Positions 1 to 10,412 are shown, counted from the stretch's first letter. The stretch is 64,000 bases of DNA from Chloroflexota bacterium (GCA_965261345.1 OZ253449.1:1664001-1728000), one strand, 5' to 3'. The notes: a model not told the origin generated them from the letters alone. Numbers and translations: made by a program.

Positions 1-625
1 TCACCACGATCGAGTAGCGCCTAAACCCCTTGAGCCGCTTGGCGCTAACAATCCGGAATTTGGCCAGTAGGAAGATCGCAAATGGCGTCTCAAAGACCAA
101 CCCCACTATCAGCAGCATGCGCGAGACAAAACTCACGTATGAATCGATGCTCAGTTCGGTGTTGATGTCGTCGGGCGCAAATCCGGTCAGGAAATTTAGG
201 GTGAAGCGCAAGATCACGAACCAGCAGAACATCACGCCGATGAAAAACATCGCCAGCATCGCCGGGATCGACGCGTAGAAGAGCCGTTTTTCGTTCGGAT
301 AAAGGCCGGGCGAGACGTAGGCCATTACCTGGTAGAGCACCACCGGCGAGGCGATCCCAATGCCGCCTAGCACGGCAACTTTAAAAAAGGAGAAGAACGC
401 CTCGGTGGGTTCGATTTGCTGCAGGCTCACATCTGGACCCAGCGGGGATTGCATCAGTTCGAAGATGAAATCCTTAAATGGCCAGAAAGCCAACGAGCAC
501 ACCAGTACCGCTACCACCGATATGGTCAGCCGCCAGCGAAATTCGAGCAGGTGTTCACGAAGGGTCATCGCCCCTTCGTCGCGGGGTTGCCCGGCGGCCG
601 GTCCAATTGGCGGAGAAGTTGCCAT
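1..625 (-). CDS. tatC: Twin-arginine translocase subunit TatC (3' end runs off the window)
   Basis: Manual translation from ATG at 625 (TGATG overlap with nusB stop): MTLREHLLEFRWRL, IEPTEAFFSFFKV, YQVMAYVSPGLYPNEKR, GLVFETP, which are TatC motifs. Absent from the ORF track because it is open at the edge. Confidence 0.93.
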   Translation of the reverse strand, partial: MATSPPIGPAAGQPRDEGAMTLREHLLEFRWRLTISVVAVLVCSLAFWPFKDFIFELMQSPLGPDVSLQQIEPTEAFFSFFKVAVLGGIGIASPVVLYQVMAYVSPGLYPNEKRLFYASIPAMLAMFFIGVMFCWFVILRFTLNFLTGFAPDDINTELSIDSYVSFVSRMLLIVGLVFETPFAIFLLAKFRIVSAKRLKGFRRYSIVV

Positions 626-1083
626 CAGGGCGACTTCTCACCGGGCGGAATCACCCCGGTTTTCTCGGCAATGGTCCGCAACATGCCGTTGATGTAGCCC
701 GCGGCCGCCGGGGCCGCGTAGATCTTGGCTAGTTCAACCGCCTCGTTGATTACCACCGCGGCGGGGGTCAGCCGGGTCCGAAATTCGGCCACCGCCAGCT
801 GGAGGATCGACAGCTCAACCGGCGACCCGTATATCAGGTCCCAGTCGGTGGAGGCCGCAATCATCGCATTGATATTGCTCTTGTGCGCCTGGCGCGTGGT
901 AAGCAACTCCTTGGCAAACGCCAGACCCTCTTCATTTAGGGAGTCCCCGCCATCAACCCCGGCCAGGATGTCAAGCGGATCGCTGCGGGCCACATTGGCC
1001 GCATACAGCGCCTGAAATGCGCAGCGCCGAGCGTCGTAGCGCTTGTGCCGGTAGCGTGGCTTGGGTTCTTCGGTATCAGTCAT
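625..1083 (-). CDS. nusB: Transcription antitermination factor NusB
   Basis: ARRCAFQALY, ILQLAVAEF, VVINEAVELAKIY, YINGML motifs. Confidence 0.93.
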   Translation of the reverse strand: MTDTEEPKPRYRHKRYDARRCAFQALYAANVARSDPLDILAGVDGGDSLNEEGLAFAKELLTTRQAHKSNINAMIAASTDWDLIYGSPVELSILQLAVAEFRTRLTPAAVVINEAVELAKIYAAPAAAGYINGMLRTIAEKTGVIPPGEKSP

Positions 1084-1093
1084 TTGCGCTTTT

Positions 1094-2437
1094 TCAAGCC
1101 GGTGCCAGTAAGCCCGGGACCGCGTCGAGGGTGTGGGTGCCCGATATAAACGTCGGATCTTCTAATACCCGCCGCAGATAGGGCAGGTTGGTGGCGATGC
1201 CCTCGACCTGGACCTCGGCCAGGGCGGTGCGGGTGGCCGAAATCGCAGAAATCCGGGTGGGACTGTGACAGATTATCTTGGCCAGTAGGGAATCGTATTC
1301 GATGGGTACCGTGTAGCCGGCGTAGATGTGTGAGTCCACCCGCACTCCCGGTCCGCCGGGGAGCGAGAGATGGGTAACGCGCCCCGCCGACGGCGCCCAG
1401 TCGTTTTCCGAATCTTCGGCGATCAGGCGACATTCGATCGCGTGGCCGGTCGGTTTGACGTCGCCCTGCTTGAAATTTATCCGCTCGCCGGCGGCGATCC
1501 GGATCTGCCACTGCACCAGATCGATCCCGGTGAGCATCTCTGAAACCGGGTGCTCGACCTGGATGCGGGCGTTGAGTTCGATGAAATAGAAGTCGTCGTT
1601 CTGGTCGACTAGGAACTCGACCGTGCCGGCGCTCTTGTACTTGAGTTCCCGCGCCAACTTGGTCGCGGCCGAGGCGATCCGATTGCGCAATTTGTCGTTT
1701 AACGACGGCGAAGGCGCCTCTTCGATCACCTTTTGGTGACGCCGTTGGACCGAGCAGTCGCGTTCCCCCAGATGCCGGATGTTGCGTCCGTCACCCAGGA
1801 TCTGGATCTCGACGTGGCGGGCCCCCTCAACTAAGCGTTCCAGGTAGAGATCGGCACTGTCAAACGATGCTCCGGCCTCCGACTGGGCCTGCGGGAACGC
1901 ATGCATGAGCTCAGAGAAATTGGAGATGCGGCGCATCCCTCGTCCGCCGCCGCCGGCCGAGGCCTTGAGCATTGCGGGAGTTCCGATCTTGGCCAACGCA
2001 TCCCCGGCCGAGCGCAGGTCGCGCAATGGTTCGGGCGAGGAATCCAGGATCGGCAGGTCAGCCTCGCGGGCCGCGGCGATCGCCCGCGACTTGTTGCCGG
2101 CGGCGGCCAATTGGTCGGGATCAGGGCCGATGTTGATCAGGCCGTATTCGCGGCAGACCTCGGCAAACATCGGGCTCTCGGCTAAGAAACCGGCCCCGGG
2201 ATGGATCGCCTGGGCCCCGACATTGCGGGCGGCGGCGATGACATTGGGAACGTGCAGGTAGCTCTCGGCGGCGGCGCCCGGCCCGATACAGACGGCTTCG
2301 TCGGCCAGTCGAACATGCAGGTTGTCGGCGTCGACTTCGGAATAGACGGCGGCGGTCTTGATCCCCAATTCGCGACAGGCCCTAATGACTCGTACGGCGA
2401 TCTCGCCTCGATTGGCAATGAGTATCTTCTCAAACAT
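1094..2437 (-). CDS. accC: Acetyl-CoA carboxylase biotin carboxylase
   Basis: KILIANRGEIA, GGGGRGM, ERDCSVQRRHQK, ELNARIQVEHPV, PGGPGVRVDS, YDSLLAK. Confidence 0.95.
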   Translation of the reverse strand: MFEKILIANRGEIAVRVIRACRELGIKTAAVYSEVDADNLHVRLADEAVCIGPGAAAESYLHVPNVIAAARNVGAQAIHPGAGFLAESPMFAEVCREYGLINIGPDPDQLAAAGNKSRAIAAAREADLPILDSSPEPLRDLRSAGDALAKIGTPAMLKASAGGGGRGMRRISNFSELMHAFPQAQSEAGASFDSADLYLERLVEGARHVEIQILGDGRNIRHLGERDCSVQRRHQKVIEEAPSPSLNDKLRNRIASAATKLARELKYKSAGTVEFLVDQNDDFYFIELNARIQVEHPVSEMLTGIDLVQWQIRIAAGERINFKQGDVKPTGHAIECRLIAEDSENDWAPSAGRVTHLSLPGGPGVRVDSHIYAGYTVPIEYDSLLAKIICHSPTRISAISATRTALAEVQVEGIATNLPYLRRVLEDPTFISGTHTLDAVPGLLAPA

Positions 2438-2442
2438 CGGTC

Positions 2443-3195
2443 CTACATCACCAGTCCACCGTCGACCACCAGGGCCTGTCCGGTAATGTAACCGGCCCGG
2501 TCCGACGCCAAATAGCCGACTAGTCCGGCCACCTCGTCGGGCTCACCCAACCGGCCGAGCGGAATCATCGCCAGTACTTTGTCTAGCATCGCGGGGCTGA
2601 TCGCCCGGGCCATCGGTGATTCGATAAACCCCGGGGCGATCGCGTTGGCGGTGATGTTGCGCGGCCCCAGCTCGCGCGCCAGCGCCCGGGTGAACCCGAT
2701 CAACCCGGCCTTGGCGGCTGAATAGTTGGCCTGGCCGGCGTTGCCGGAGATCCCGGCCACCGAGGCGATATTGATGATTCGCCCCCAACGGGCCCGAACC
2801 ATCGGGCGCAGGGCCGCCCGGCAGGTCAGATAGGCCGAGGTGAGGTTGGTGTCGATGACCGCCTGCCAGTCCTGCGGCGACATGCGCGCCAGGAGCCCGT
2901 CGCGGGTTATGCCGGCGTTGTTGACCAGGATATGGACCGACAGGCCAAGGTCGTCAATCTGGGCAAAAAGGGAATCGACACCCGCCTTGGCCGAAAGATC
3001 GGCACCGACTGGTCGGGCCTGCCCGCCGCGGTCGGAAATCGCCTGAGCCAGCTTCCCCGCCGCCTCGGCGTTGGAGTTGTAATGGACCAGCAGATTGGCG
3101 CCGGCCGCGGCCAGTTGGGAAGCGATCGCCGACCCGATCGCCCCGGAGGCGCCGGTCACCAACGCGGTGCGTCCAGCCAACGATTGCTCAGCCAT
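2443..3195 (-). CDS. fabG: 3-oxoacyl-ACP reductase
   Basis: TGASGAIG, NNAGITRD, GNAGQANYSAAKAG; adjacent to fabD. Confidence 0.93.
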   Translation of the reverse strand: MAEQSLAGRTALVTGASGAIGSAIASQLAAAGANLLVHYNSNAEAAGKLAQAISDRGGQARPVGADLSAKAGVDSLFAQIDDLGLSVHILVNNAGITRDGLLARMSPQDWQAVIDTNLTSAYLTCRAALRPMVRARWGRIINIASVAGISGNAGQANYSAAKAGLIGFTRALARELGPRNITANAIAPGFIESPMARAISPAMLDKVLAMIPLGRLGEPDEVAGLVGYLASDRAGYITGQALVVDGGLVM

Positions 3196-4192
3196 CGCAA
3201 TTACCTGCCAAGGATGCGGTCAGGACCCTGATTTCATCCGCCTCGCCGGCAGGTAGCACCTTGCCCTGCTCCAGGGTCCGGCTGACCGTTCCGGCGAGCA
3301 CATTGCCCGGCCCGACTTCAAAGAATGATCTTATCCCGTATCCAAACAGGGTCTTTAGGCTTTTAGACCACTGCACCGGCGCCAGAATTTGGGCGGCGAT
3401 TTCACGGCGGATCGACTCGGCATCGCAGAGCGGATGGGCGGAAATGTTGGAGATCACCCTGATCTGGGGATCGACGATTTCCACCCCTTGCAAATGGCAT
3501 TCCAGCTCTTGTGCTGCCGGCTCCATCGCGGCCGAATGAAAAGCGGCGCTGACCGGGAGGGCGATCGCCCGTCGGAACCCGGCCGACCGGGCCAGTTGCG
3601 ACGCCCGTCCGATCGACCGCAGGTCGCCGGCGATTACCGTCTGGCCCGGGGCGTTTATGTTGGCCACCGACAGGATTGCCGCGTCGGCCTCATCGCGCAC
3701 TTTTTGGCAGAGCTCGTGGGCGGCCGCCAGGTCGCCGCCGATTAGCGCTGACATCGAACCGGGAATCTTGGTTCCGGCACGGTCCATGGCGTCTGCCCGC
3801 AGGGCGACTACGGCCAGCGCGGCAGAAATCGAAATCGCCCCGGCCGCCGCCAGCGCCGAGATCTCACCAACCGAGTGCCCGGCGAGCGCGGTTGGTGGAT
3901 TGGGGGCGGTCGCCAACCTCACCGGATCGGCGGCGGTAGCCCCGCCAGAGGCTTCCAGCGCCGCCGCCAGGATCGCCAGTTCGCAGGCCACCAGGCAGGG
4001 TTGGAGGGTTCGGGTGCGTACCAGCATCTCGGGCGGGCCATCAAAGCAGAGCCGCGTTAGCGGGAGCCGGGTTACCTGTTCGGCCAGCTCAAATACGTCC
4101 CTGGCGCTTTTCCATCCAGCCGCGGCCGCACTCCCCATCCCGACCTTCTGTGAGGCCTGACCTGGAAATACGAGACCGTAGGGAGCCGTCAT
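3188..4192 (-). CDS. fabD: Malonyl-CoA:ACP transacylase
   Basis: FPGQASQ, GHSVGE nucleophile, VSAAFHS, EVGPG. Confidence 0.93.
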   Translation of the reverse strand: MTAPYGLVFPGQASQKVGMGSAAAAGWKSARDVFELAEQVTRLPLTRLCFDGPPEMLVRTRTLQPCLVACELAILAAALEASGGATAADPVRLATAPNPPTALAGHSVGEISALAAAGAISISAALAVVALRADAMDRAGTKIPGSMSALIGGDLAAAHELCQKVRDEADAAILSVANINAPGQTVIAGDLRSIGRASQLARSAGFRRAIALPVSAAFHSAAMEPAAQELECHLQGVEIVDPQIRVISNISAHPLCDAESIRREIAAQILAPVQWSKSLKTLFGYGIRSFFEVGPGNVLAGTVSRTLEQGKVLPAGEADEIRVLTASLAGNCDG

Positions 4193-4247
4193 CGGGTGCT
4201 GCTCCGGTTGACCGCCGGGCGGCGGCGGACGGTCCGGCGCAGGTCGG

Positions 4248-4448
4248 TTAGCGGTACTTGAGGTTGGGGCGCTCGAGCTGGGCGACGTCGGTGCGGCGGT
4301 AGTACCCGCAGGCTGAACAGACCACGTGCGAAGGAACCAGTGCGTTGCAGTTGTGGCAGTGCTGCATCTGGCGGGGCGTTAGGGCGTGGTGTGCACGGCG
4401 ATTGCCGCGACGCCGGCGCGTGATTCGTTGCTTTGGCAGTGCGCCCAT
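4248..4448 (-). CDS. rpmF: 50S ribosomal protein L32 (Zn-ribbon form)
   Basis: MGALPKQRIT..RRAH, CHNC..CSACGYY; follows yceD. Confidence 0.95.
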   Translation of the reverse strand: MGALPKQRITRRRRGNRRAHHALTPRQMQHCHNCNALVPSHVVCSACGYYRRTDVAQLERPNLKYR

Positions 4449-4449
4449 A

Positions 4450-5001
4450 TCAAGCGTCCTCGGCTTCGTCGGGTGGCGGAAACATATCGGCCATCAGTTT
4501 TCTGATTGGCTCCAGCCGGGGGTCGATGGTTGAGCCCTGGCCGGATGTGGCCGTGAATGCAGATTTTACCTGTTCGTAGCGGTCGCAGCTCCCCTGGCAA
4601 TCGGGGAAGGGATTGAGTTCGGCAAGGATCGTCTGGAGCACCTGGTCGACCAGGTCGATGCGACCGTCTTCGGAGATCGGGCCCACATCGGGATCGAATT
4701 TTTTCGAATTTGGATCCAGGTCGGGCCTCCCCCGCGGTACGAATTGGGCGGAGAGATCCAGTTCCAGATTGCGCGGCAGCGGCTCCAGGCAGAGTCGACA
4801 GTCCTCGTTGACCTCGGCCTGCACATTCCCCGCGACTACGATCTCGGTGCCTGAGCGGTAGGCTCGCGCCCGCCCGCTGACCGGGCCGGCCAGTTCCGGG
4901 ATCGCCTCGCGCAAATCGATGTTGATCAATTTTTCGACATGGTCGCCGGCGCCCGCCCCTTCAAGCGGGTTAACGTCTACGGTCAGTGCGGCGTGGGCCA
5001 T
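4450..5001 (-). CDS. yceD: DUF177/YceD family protein
   Basis: CRLCLEP, IDL, IDPRLEPI motifs; position upstream of rpmF; start moved to ATG at 5001. Confidence 0.82.
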   Translation of the reverse strand: MAHAALTVDVNPLEGAGAGDHVEKLINIDLREAIPELAGPVSGRARAYRSGTEIVVAGNVQAEVNEDCRLCLEPLPRNLELDLSAQFVPRGRPDLDPNSKKFDPDVGPISEDGRIDLVDQVLQTILAELNPFPDCQGSCDRYEQVKSAFTATSGQGSTIDPRLEPIRKLMADMFPPPDEAEDA

Positions 5002-5048
5002 GTTTTGGAACTGCAAAATTGGTACTGAGAGATCGTTAATTTTTATAT

Positions 5049-5684
5049 ATGTTCTCCGGAAATCTCTTGCCTGAAACTGAACCTGACAACGCAAACCGCC
5101 CCCGGTCCGTAGGCGCGGGCCGGCTGTTCGTCATAACCGGATCGTCGGGCTCGGGCAAGGACGCCCTAATCGAGCAGCTTTTGGTCGAGCGCCCCAATCT
5201 GCGTCGGGCGGTCACCGCGGTTACCCGATCTCCGAGAGAAAACGAGCGCGATGGGGTAAACCACTTTTTCCTCATCGATAGCGAGTTTGACCGCTGGCTC
5301 GCCGATGGGAGGTTCTTAGAGTGGGCGAATGTGTTTGGCCTCCGTTACGGGACCCCCCGAAAAGAGGTTGACAGTCTGCTGGAGCAGGGGTTTGACGTGG
5401 TCCTGCGGATCGACCCGCAGGGTGCGGCCAGCGTCCGTCGGCAGCGCCCTGGCACCCCGGTGATCTATCTGCGGACCGAGGGCCGCTCGGAGCTGGCGCG
5501 GCGCCTGCGCGCGCGCGGCGAGGACGAGCAGGTGCTGGCCCGGCGGATGGAGGAATTTGCCGCCGACGAGGAGTTTGCGGCCAGCTGCCAATACCAGGTC
5601 CTAAATTCGCGCGGCTGCCTGCGGGCGGCCTGTGCGGCGGTGGCCGCCATCGTCTCCGATCCTGCCGGTGGACCGTCAACATGA
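5049..5684 (+). CDS. gmk: Guanylate kinase
   Basis: VITGSSGSGKD, TRSPRENERDGVNHFF, FLEWANVFGLRYGTP, IDPQGA; true start may be TTG at 5067. Confidence 0.93.
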   Translation: MFSGNLLPETEPDNANRPRSVGAGRLFVITGSSGSGKDALIEQLLVERPNLRRAVTAVTRSPRENERDGVNHFFLIDSEFDRWLADGRFLEWANVFGLRYGTPRKEVDSLLEQGFDVVLRIDPQGAASVRRQRPGTPVIYLRTEGRSELARRLRARGEDEQVLARRMEEFAADEEFAASCQYQVLNSRGCLRAACAAVAAIVSDPAGGPST

Positions 5685-8140
5685 GCGGCGCCGGTCAACT
5701 GCTGCCCGAGCCTGAACCGACGGCGACCGCGCTCTACGCCGACGTGGCGGTCCTAAAGTCACCGGCCCGCGGCTCTCAGCTCTACTCGTATGCCTGCCCG
5801 GCCCGCTTGCGCGACCAGATCGCCGCCGGACAGATCGTGCTGGTCGAATTCGGCAAGCGCGAACTGCTCGGGGTGGTGCTGGGACTGGCCCCGGAAAGTC
5901 TCATTTCCAAGGTAAAGCCGGTGTTGGCGGTGCTATCTCCGGTCCCGCTTATCGGGCCACTGCAAGCCAATCTGGCAATCTGGTGCGCCGACAACTTTGC
6001 GGTCCCGATCGGTGAGGTCCTAGAGGCGATGCTCCCGCCCGGTTGGCGCAAGGGGGTACGGCACCAGTATTCGGCTGGCGGTGCCTCCGCTGGCACCGCC
6101 CACCGTCGGCGAGTCCTGGACGCTGTCACCGGGCTGCGGCTGGCCACGGCCGAGGAAATTAGCGCTCAGCTTGAGCGGGCGGTAGCTGAGAAGACGCTGG
6201 CGGCGATGGTTGCCGATGGGAGTCTTAAACGCTGGAGCCAGCTGGATCTGCCCGAGGTGGGCACCCCGGTGGTCGACCTGGCGGTCCCACCGGTCGAAGC
6301 CCTGGCGCGCATGGAGGAACTGGCCCGCGCACCTGCCCAGCGGCGCCTGCTGCTAAAAGTCATCGCGGCCGGCGGGCCGGTAGCGGTCGCTGGACTGCTC
6401 AAGTCGGCCAAGACCGTCCGGCCCTCGCTGAATCGGCTGGCCGAGGCGGGCATCGTGGAGCTGCACCGACGCTTTGACCTGCCCCCGCTGGGACACGATG
6501 ACGGGGAGGACATGGAGGACCTTGCCGCCCAGAATTCGCTGGAATCGTTCCTGGACCGCCCCGGTTTTGGATCGATGCTGCTGCAGGGCCGCCTGCGCGA
6601 GCGGTTGCCGGCCTACGTGCGCGCGATCAACCAGGCCCTGCTAAGCGATCGCCAGGTGCTGCTGCTGGCCCCTTCGATCGCCGAGGCCCGGTTGTTGGCA
6701 AGGCAGCTGCGCGACAAGCTGGCCGGCCGCACCTTCCTGTTCTCGGACGCTGCCACCCCCAACGCCCGGATCGGACTCTGGCGAGCGCTCCGGGCCGGTG
6801 AGATTGATGTCTTAATCGGGCATCCGCCGGCGGCCTGGGCGCCGCTCCACAACCTGGGGCTGGTAATCGTCGACCGGGAGGAAGACCGGCTCTATAAGGC
6901 GCTTCCGCTGCGTTCGGTAAGCGCTGCCGACTTTGCCCGCGAACTGGCCCGGCGGGCCGACTGTCCGCTGCTGGTGGGAACCGCGACCCCGTTGGTCTCG
7001 ACCTTCGATCAGGTCGAGCGCGAGGCGGTCCAGTTCCTGCTGCTGCGGTCGGCGCGCCTGCTGCGCCAGCTGCGCATGAAGGTCGGGCGCGGCTGGGGGA
7101 CGGCCGCCGGATCCGGAGTGGCCCAGATCGTCGATATGGGCCAGGCCCAACTGATGGGCCCGGGCGGGATGATTTCAGAAGAACTGTTTGACCATCTCGC
7201 GGCCGCATTTGCCAGCGGGCAACAGGCGGTCTTGCACGTCGCCACGCGCGGGTCGGCCACCGCCAGCGCCTGCCGCGAGTGCGCGTTTAAGGCAACCTGT
7301 CGTTACTGTTCGAGCAATCTTTTCTGGCACGAGGATCGCAATGCCCTCGTTTGCCACATCTGCGGGCAGCAGAGCCCGCCGCTCGAGTCCTGCCCCGAAT
7401 GCGGATCACTGGCGCTGCGGATGTACGGCTACGGCACCCAGTCGGTGGTGAGGGCCCTGCGGGCGCTCCTGCCGCGGGCGCGGATCGATCGGATCGATTC
7501 GGATCTGAAGGCCGAGGTCTGTGAGCGCAACGCCCACCGCTTCAGCCAACGGATCATCAACATCCTGGTCGGGACAACCCGGATGCTGGCCTTTGCCGAG
7601 CACCTGCGGGCCGACCTGCTGGGGGTGGTGCAGGCGGACTTCGGTCTCAACTTTCCCGACTACCAGGCCCCGGAGCGGGTCTACCAGGTCCTCTCGCGGC
7701 TGCGCGAGGTGGTATTGACCGACAACATCGAGGGCACGATGCTGCTGCAGGCCCGCGGCGGGGACAATCACGTGCTCGAGGCGGTGCGATCGGGAAGCTA
7801 TCTTAAGTTCTTCCGCAGCGAGATCGAACTGCGCCGCCGCTATCAAATGCCGCCATTTCGGCAGCTGACCCGCTTCGTGATCAGCAATCGCGAGAATTTG
7901 GTCGCCGCGCGCCAGGCCGAGCAGCTTCGCAACCAGCTAGATGACGCGTTCCGGCAGGCCAAATGCGGTACCCAACCAGCGCCCCAGATTTGGGGGCCGG
8001 CGCAGTGTCCGGTGTGGCGCCAGAGGTCCATTTTCCGCTGGCATATGATTGTTCTATCTGGACCGGGGCAATTGCTTCCGGTCTTCGGCATTCCCCACCG
8101 CGGCTGGTTGGTGGATGTTGATCCGGTTGATTTTTTCTGA
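5681..8140 (+). CDS. priA: Primosomal protein N' (PriA), helicase motifs degenerate
   Basis: N-terminal 3'-DNA-binding domain (YSY..VLVEFGKRELLG), four CxxC pairs, FPDYQAPER, C-terminal GPA..RW; gmk-priA-def-fmt context; Walker A/B not intact. Confidence 0.9.
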   Translation: MSGAGQLLPEPEPTATALYADVAVLKSPARGSQLYSYACPARLRDQIAAGQIVLVEFGKRELLGVVLGLAPESLISKVKPVLAVLSPVPLIGPLQANLAIWCADNFAVPIGEVLEAMLPPGWRKGVRHQYSAGGASAGTAHRRRVLDAVTGLRLATAEEISAQLERAVAEKTLAAMVADGSLKRWSQLDLPEVGTPVVDLAVPPVEALARMEELARAPAQRRLLLKVIAAGGPVAVAGLLKSAKTVRPSLNRLAEAGIVELHRRFDLPPLGHDDGEDMEDLAAQNSLESFLDRPGFGSMLLQGRLRERLPAYVRAINQALLSDRQVLLLAPSIAEARLLARQLRDKLAGRTFLFSDAATPNARIGLWRALRAGEIDVLIGHPPAAWAPLHNLGLVIVDREEDRLYKALPLRSVSAADFARELARRADCPLLVGTATPLVSTFDQVEREAVQFLLLRSARLLRQLRMKVGRGWGTAAGSGVAQIVDMGQAQLMGPGGMISEELFDHLAAAFASGQQAVLHVATRGSATASACRECAFKATCRYCSSNLFWHEDRNALVCHICGQQSPPLESCPECGSLALRMYGYGTQSVVRALRALLPRARIDRIDSDLKAEVCERNAHRFSQRIINILVGTTRMLAFAEHLRADLLGVVQADFGLNFPDYQAPERVYQVLSRLREVVLTDNIEGTMLLQARGGDNHVLEAVRSGSYLKFFRSEIELRRRYQMPPFRQLTRFVISNRENLVAARQAEQLRNQLDDAFRQAKCGTQPAPQIWGPAQCPVWRQRSIFRWHMIVLSGPGQLLPVFGIPHRGWLVDVDPVDFF

Positions 8141-8152
8141 CGAAATGCGCTT

Positions 8153-8659
8153 ATGGCGGTATTGCCAATACTGCCCGCCCAACACCCAATGCTCGATCGC
8201 GTCGCCGCACGCGTGCCAAAAGTCGACGACTCCATCCGGCGATTGGCCGCCGACATGGTGGAAACGATGCAGTCGGCCTCCGGTACCGGCCTGGCCGCTC
8301 CGCAGGTGGGGCGTCCCTTGCGTGTGATCATCTGTCAGGATGCCGACGAGGGAATAGGGCCGCTGACGCTAATTAACCCGCAGATCTCCAAGCTCGAGGG
8401 CTCGGTGGTCGACGACGAGGGGTGCCTCTCGCTGCCCGGTTGGGTTGGCCCGGTGGCGCGAGCCGAGCGGCTTACGCTAACCGGCCTTAACCAACACGGC
8501 GCCAGGGTCCGCTTTACCGCCGACGGGTTTCTGGCGAGGGTGATCCAACACGAAGTTGACCATCTTGATGGAATCATGTTCACGTCGAAAATAGTTGACG
8601 ACGGGGAGCTGCGCTTTACTGGAACCGTTGAAGCCGGGGAGGCTGTCGAAAAGGTATGA
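8153..8659 (+). CDS. def: Peptide deformylase
   Basis: GTGLAAPQVG, EGCLS, QHEVDHLDG. Confidence 0.97.
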   Translation: MAVLPILPAQHPMLDRVAARVPKVDDSIRRLAADMVETMQSASGTGLAAPQVGRPLRVIICQDADEGIGPLTLINPQISKLEGSVVDDEGCLSLPGWVGPVARAERLTLTGLNQHGARVRFTADGFLARVIQHEVDHLDGIMFTSKIVDDGELRFTGTVEAGEAVEKV

Positions 8660-9606
8660 AGGTAATCTTTTTCGGGACCGCTGAATTTGCGACGCCGTCG
8701 CTGCGCTTGTTGGCCAATCGCCACGATGTGCTCGTGGTGGTAACCCGGCCCTCACGCCCGGTTGGCCGGGCCCGATTGGTCAAACCTCCACCGGTCGTTT
8801 CGGTTGCCCGCTCGCTAAGGATTCCGGTCATTCAACCGGAAGACATCAATTCCGAAAAAGCATTAAACGACCTGCGCGCGCTACGGCCGGAGGTCCTGGT
8901 TGCGGTTGCCTACGGTAAGAAATTTAACAAGCCGATCCTCTCGTTGGCCCCGGCCGGAGTGCTAAATCTGCACCCCTCGCTGCTCCCGCTCTACCGCGGG
9001 GCCTCACCGATCCAGAGCGCGATTGCCGCCGGCGAACTGACCACCGGGGTAACCGTGATCCGGATGGACACCGGAATCGATTCGGGTCCGGTGCTCGATC
9101 AGTTGGAGGTGGCGATCGAGGAGGACGAAACCGCCCCGCGGCTTTCGCGCCGGCTGGCCTGCGAAGGCGCCGAACTGCTGGCTCGCACCCTGGAAAAACT
9201 GCAGGCCGGATTTGAGGATGCGCACCCGCAGGACGAGGACCGAGCGACATTTGCCCCGATTCTCAAACGCAACTTCGCCGACGTGGATTGGTCCCTGCCG
9301 GCCCGCCGGATCTTTGACCAGTGGCGCGCCTACCTGGGATGGCCGGGACTGCGTACTCGGGTTTCGGGGAAGAGCATCAAGATCTTGGAATGCCGTCTGG
9401 CCGAAGGGATCAAGTTGAAAGTCGGGCCGGGCAAGGCCAAGGTCCGCGATGGCCGAATCTTCGTAGGTACTGGTGATGGCCTGCTGGAAATCATCACCCT
9501 GCAACCGGCTGGCCGCAAACCCATGGCGGCGCAGGACTTTGTTCTTGGTTACGAGAATCTTCTCGCCCAGTCCTGGACTGGTTCGGCTCGCCAACAGACC
9601 GGCTAG
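8656..9606 (+). CDS. fmt: Methionyl-tRNA formyltransferase
   Basis: FFGTAEFA, VAYG, NLHPSLLPLYRGASPIQ, DSG. Confidence 0.97.
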   Translation: MKVIFFGTAEFATPSLRLLANRHDVLVVVTRPSRPVGRARLVKPPPVVSVARSLRIPVIQPEDINSEKALNDLRALRPEVLVAVAYGKKFNKPILSLAPAGVLNLHPSLLPLYRGASPIQSAIAAGELTTGVTVIRMDTGIDSGPVLDQLEVAIEEDETAPRLSRRLACEGAELLARTLEKLQAGFEDAHPQDEDRATFAPILKRNFADVDWSLPARRIFDQWRAYLGWPGLRTRVSGKSIKILECRLAEGIKLKVGPGKAKVRDGRIFVGTGDGLLEIITLQPAGRKPMAAQDFVLGYENLLAQSWTGSARQQTG

Positions 9607-9635
9607 CTGGCCGCAGGCCCTTCCCGTGAGGCAAC

Positions 9636-10412
9636 ATGTTCTTCTTTGACCCGACCTACATCCTCTTTATGGCCCCGGCCATGATATTGATGTTCTGGGC
9701 GCAATCGAAGGTCAAGCGCACCTACTCCAAGTACGCCAAGGTCCAGACCTCTTCGCGGCTGCCGGGCTACAGGGTGGCCGAACAGCTGCTGCGTTCGGTT
9801 GGAATGCAATCGGCGGTTTCCACCGCCCCGCCGAACCGGAAGGTCGACCCCGAACGGGCGCGCCAAATGGCGGCCAGCGGCATAGTGAGCATTGAACGGG
9901 TCGGCGGACAACTCTCCGATCATTACGATCCGGCCAAGAAGACCCTGCGGCTCTCCGAGGGCGTGTACGAATCCTCGTCGGTGGCGGCGATGGCGATCGT
10001 GGCCCACGAGACCGGGCATGCGATCCAGGATCAGGTCCATTATCCAGCCCTGGTGCTGCGTTCGGCCCTGGTGCCGGCGGTCCGGGTCGGATCAACCTTC
10101 GGTTACGTAGTCATCATCCTGGGTGTGGTGCTGATGATGACCGGCAGCGCCCTCGGTGAAAATATCGCCTGGATTGGGGTGGCGCTTTTCTCGCTCACCC
10201 TCATTTTTTCGCTGGTGACCCTGCCGGTCGAATTCGACGCGTCGAAACGGGCCCTGTTGCTGTTGCAGAACAACGGAATCACCAGCACGCAGGAGCTGGC
10301 GGCCTCCAAGAAGGTGCTCGATGCGGCCGCGTTGACCTACGTTGCAGCCATGGCCGCCTCGCTGATGCAAATTCTCTACTGGGTATTTGTCCTCCTGGGC
10401 CGGCGCGATTAG
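9636..10412 (+). CDS. YugP-family membrane zinc metallopeptidase (copy 1)
   Basis: LSDHYDP, AHETGHAIQ, TLPVEFDASKRA, AALTYVA. Confidence 0.9.
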   Translation: MFFFDPTYILFMAPAMILMFWAQSKVKRTYSKYAKVQTSSRLPGYRVAEQLLRSVGMQSAVSTAPPNRKVDPERARQMAASGIVSIERVGGQLSDHYDPAKKTLRLSEGVYESSSVAAMAIVAHETGHAIQDQVHYPALVLRSALVPAVRVGSTFGYVVIILGVVLMMTGSALGENIAWIGVALFSLTLIFSLVTLPVEFDASKRALLLLQNNGITSTQELAASKKVLDAAALTYVAAMAASLMQILYWVFVLLGRRD

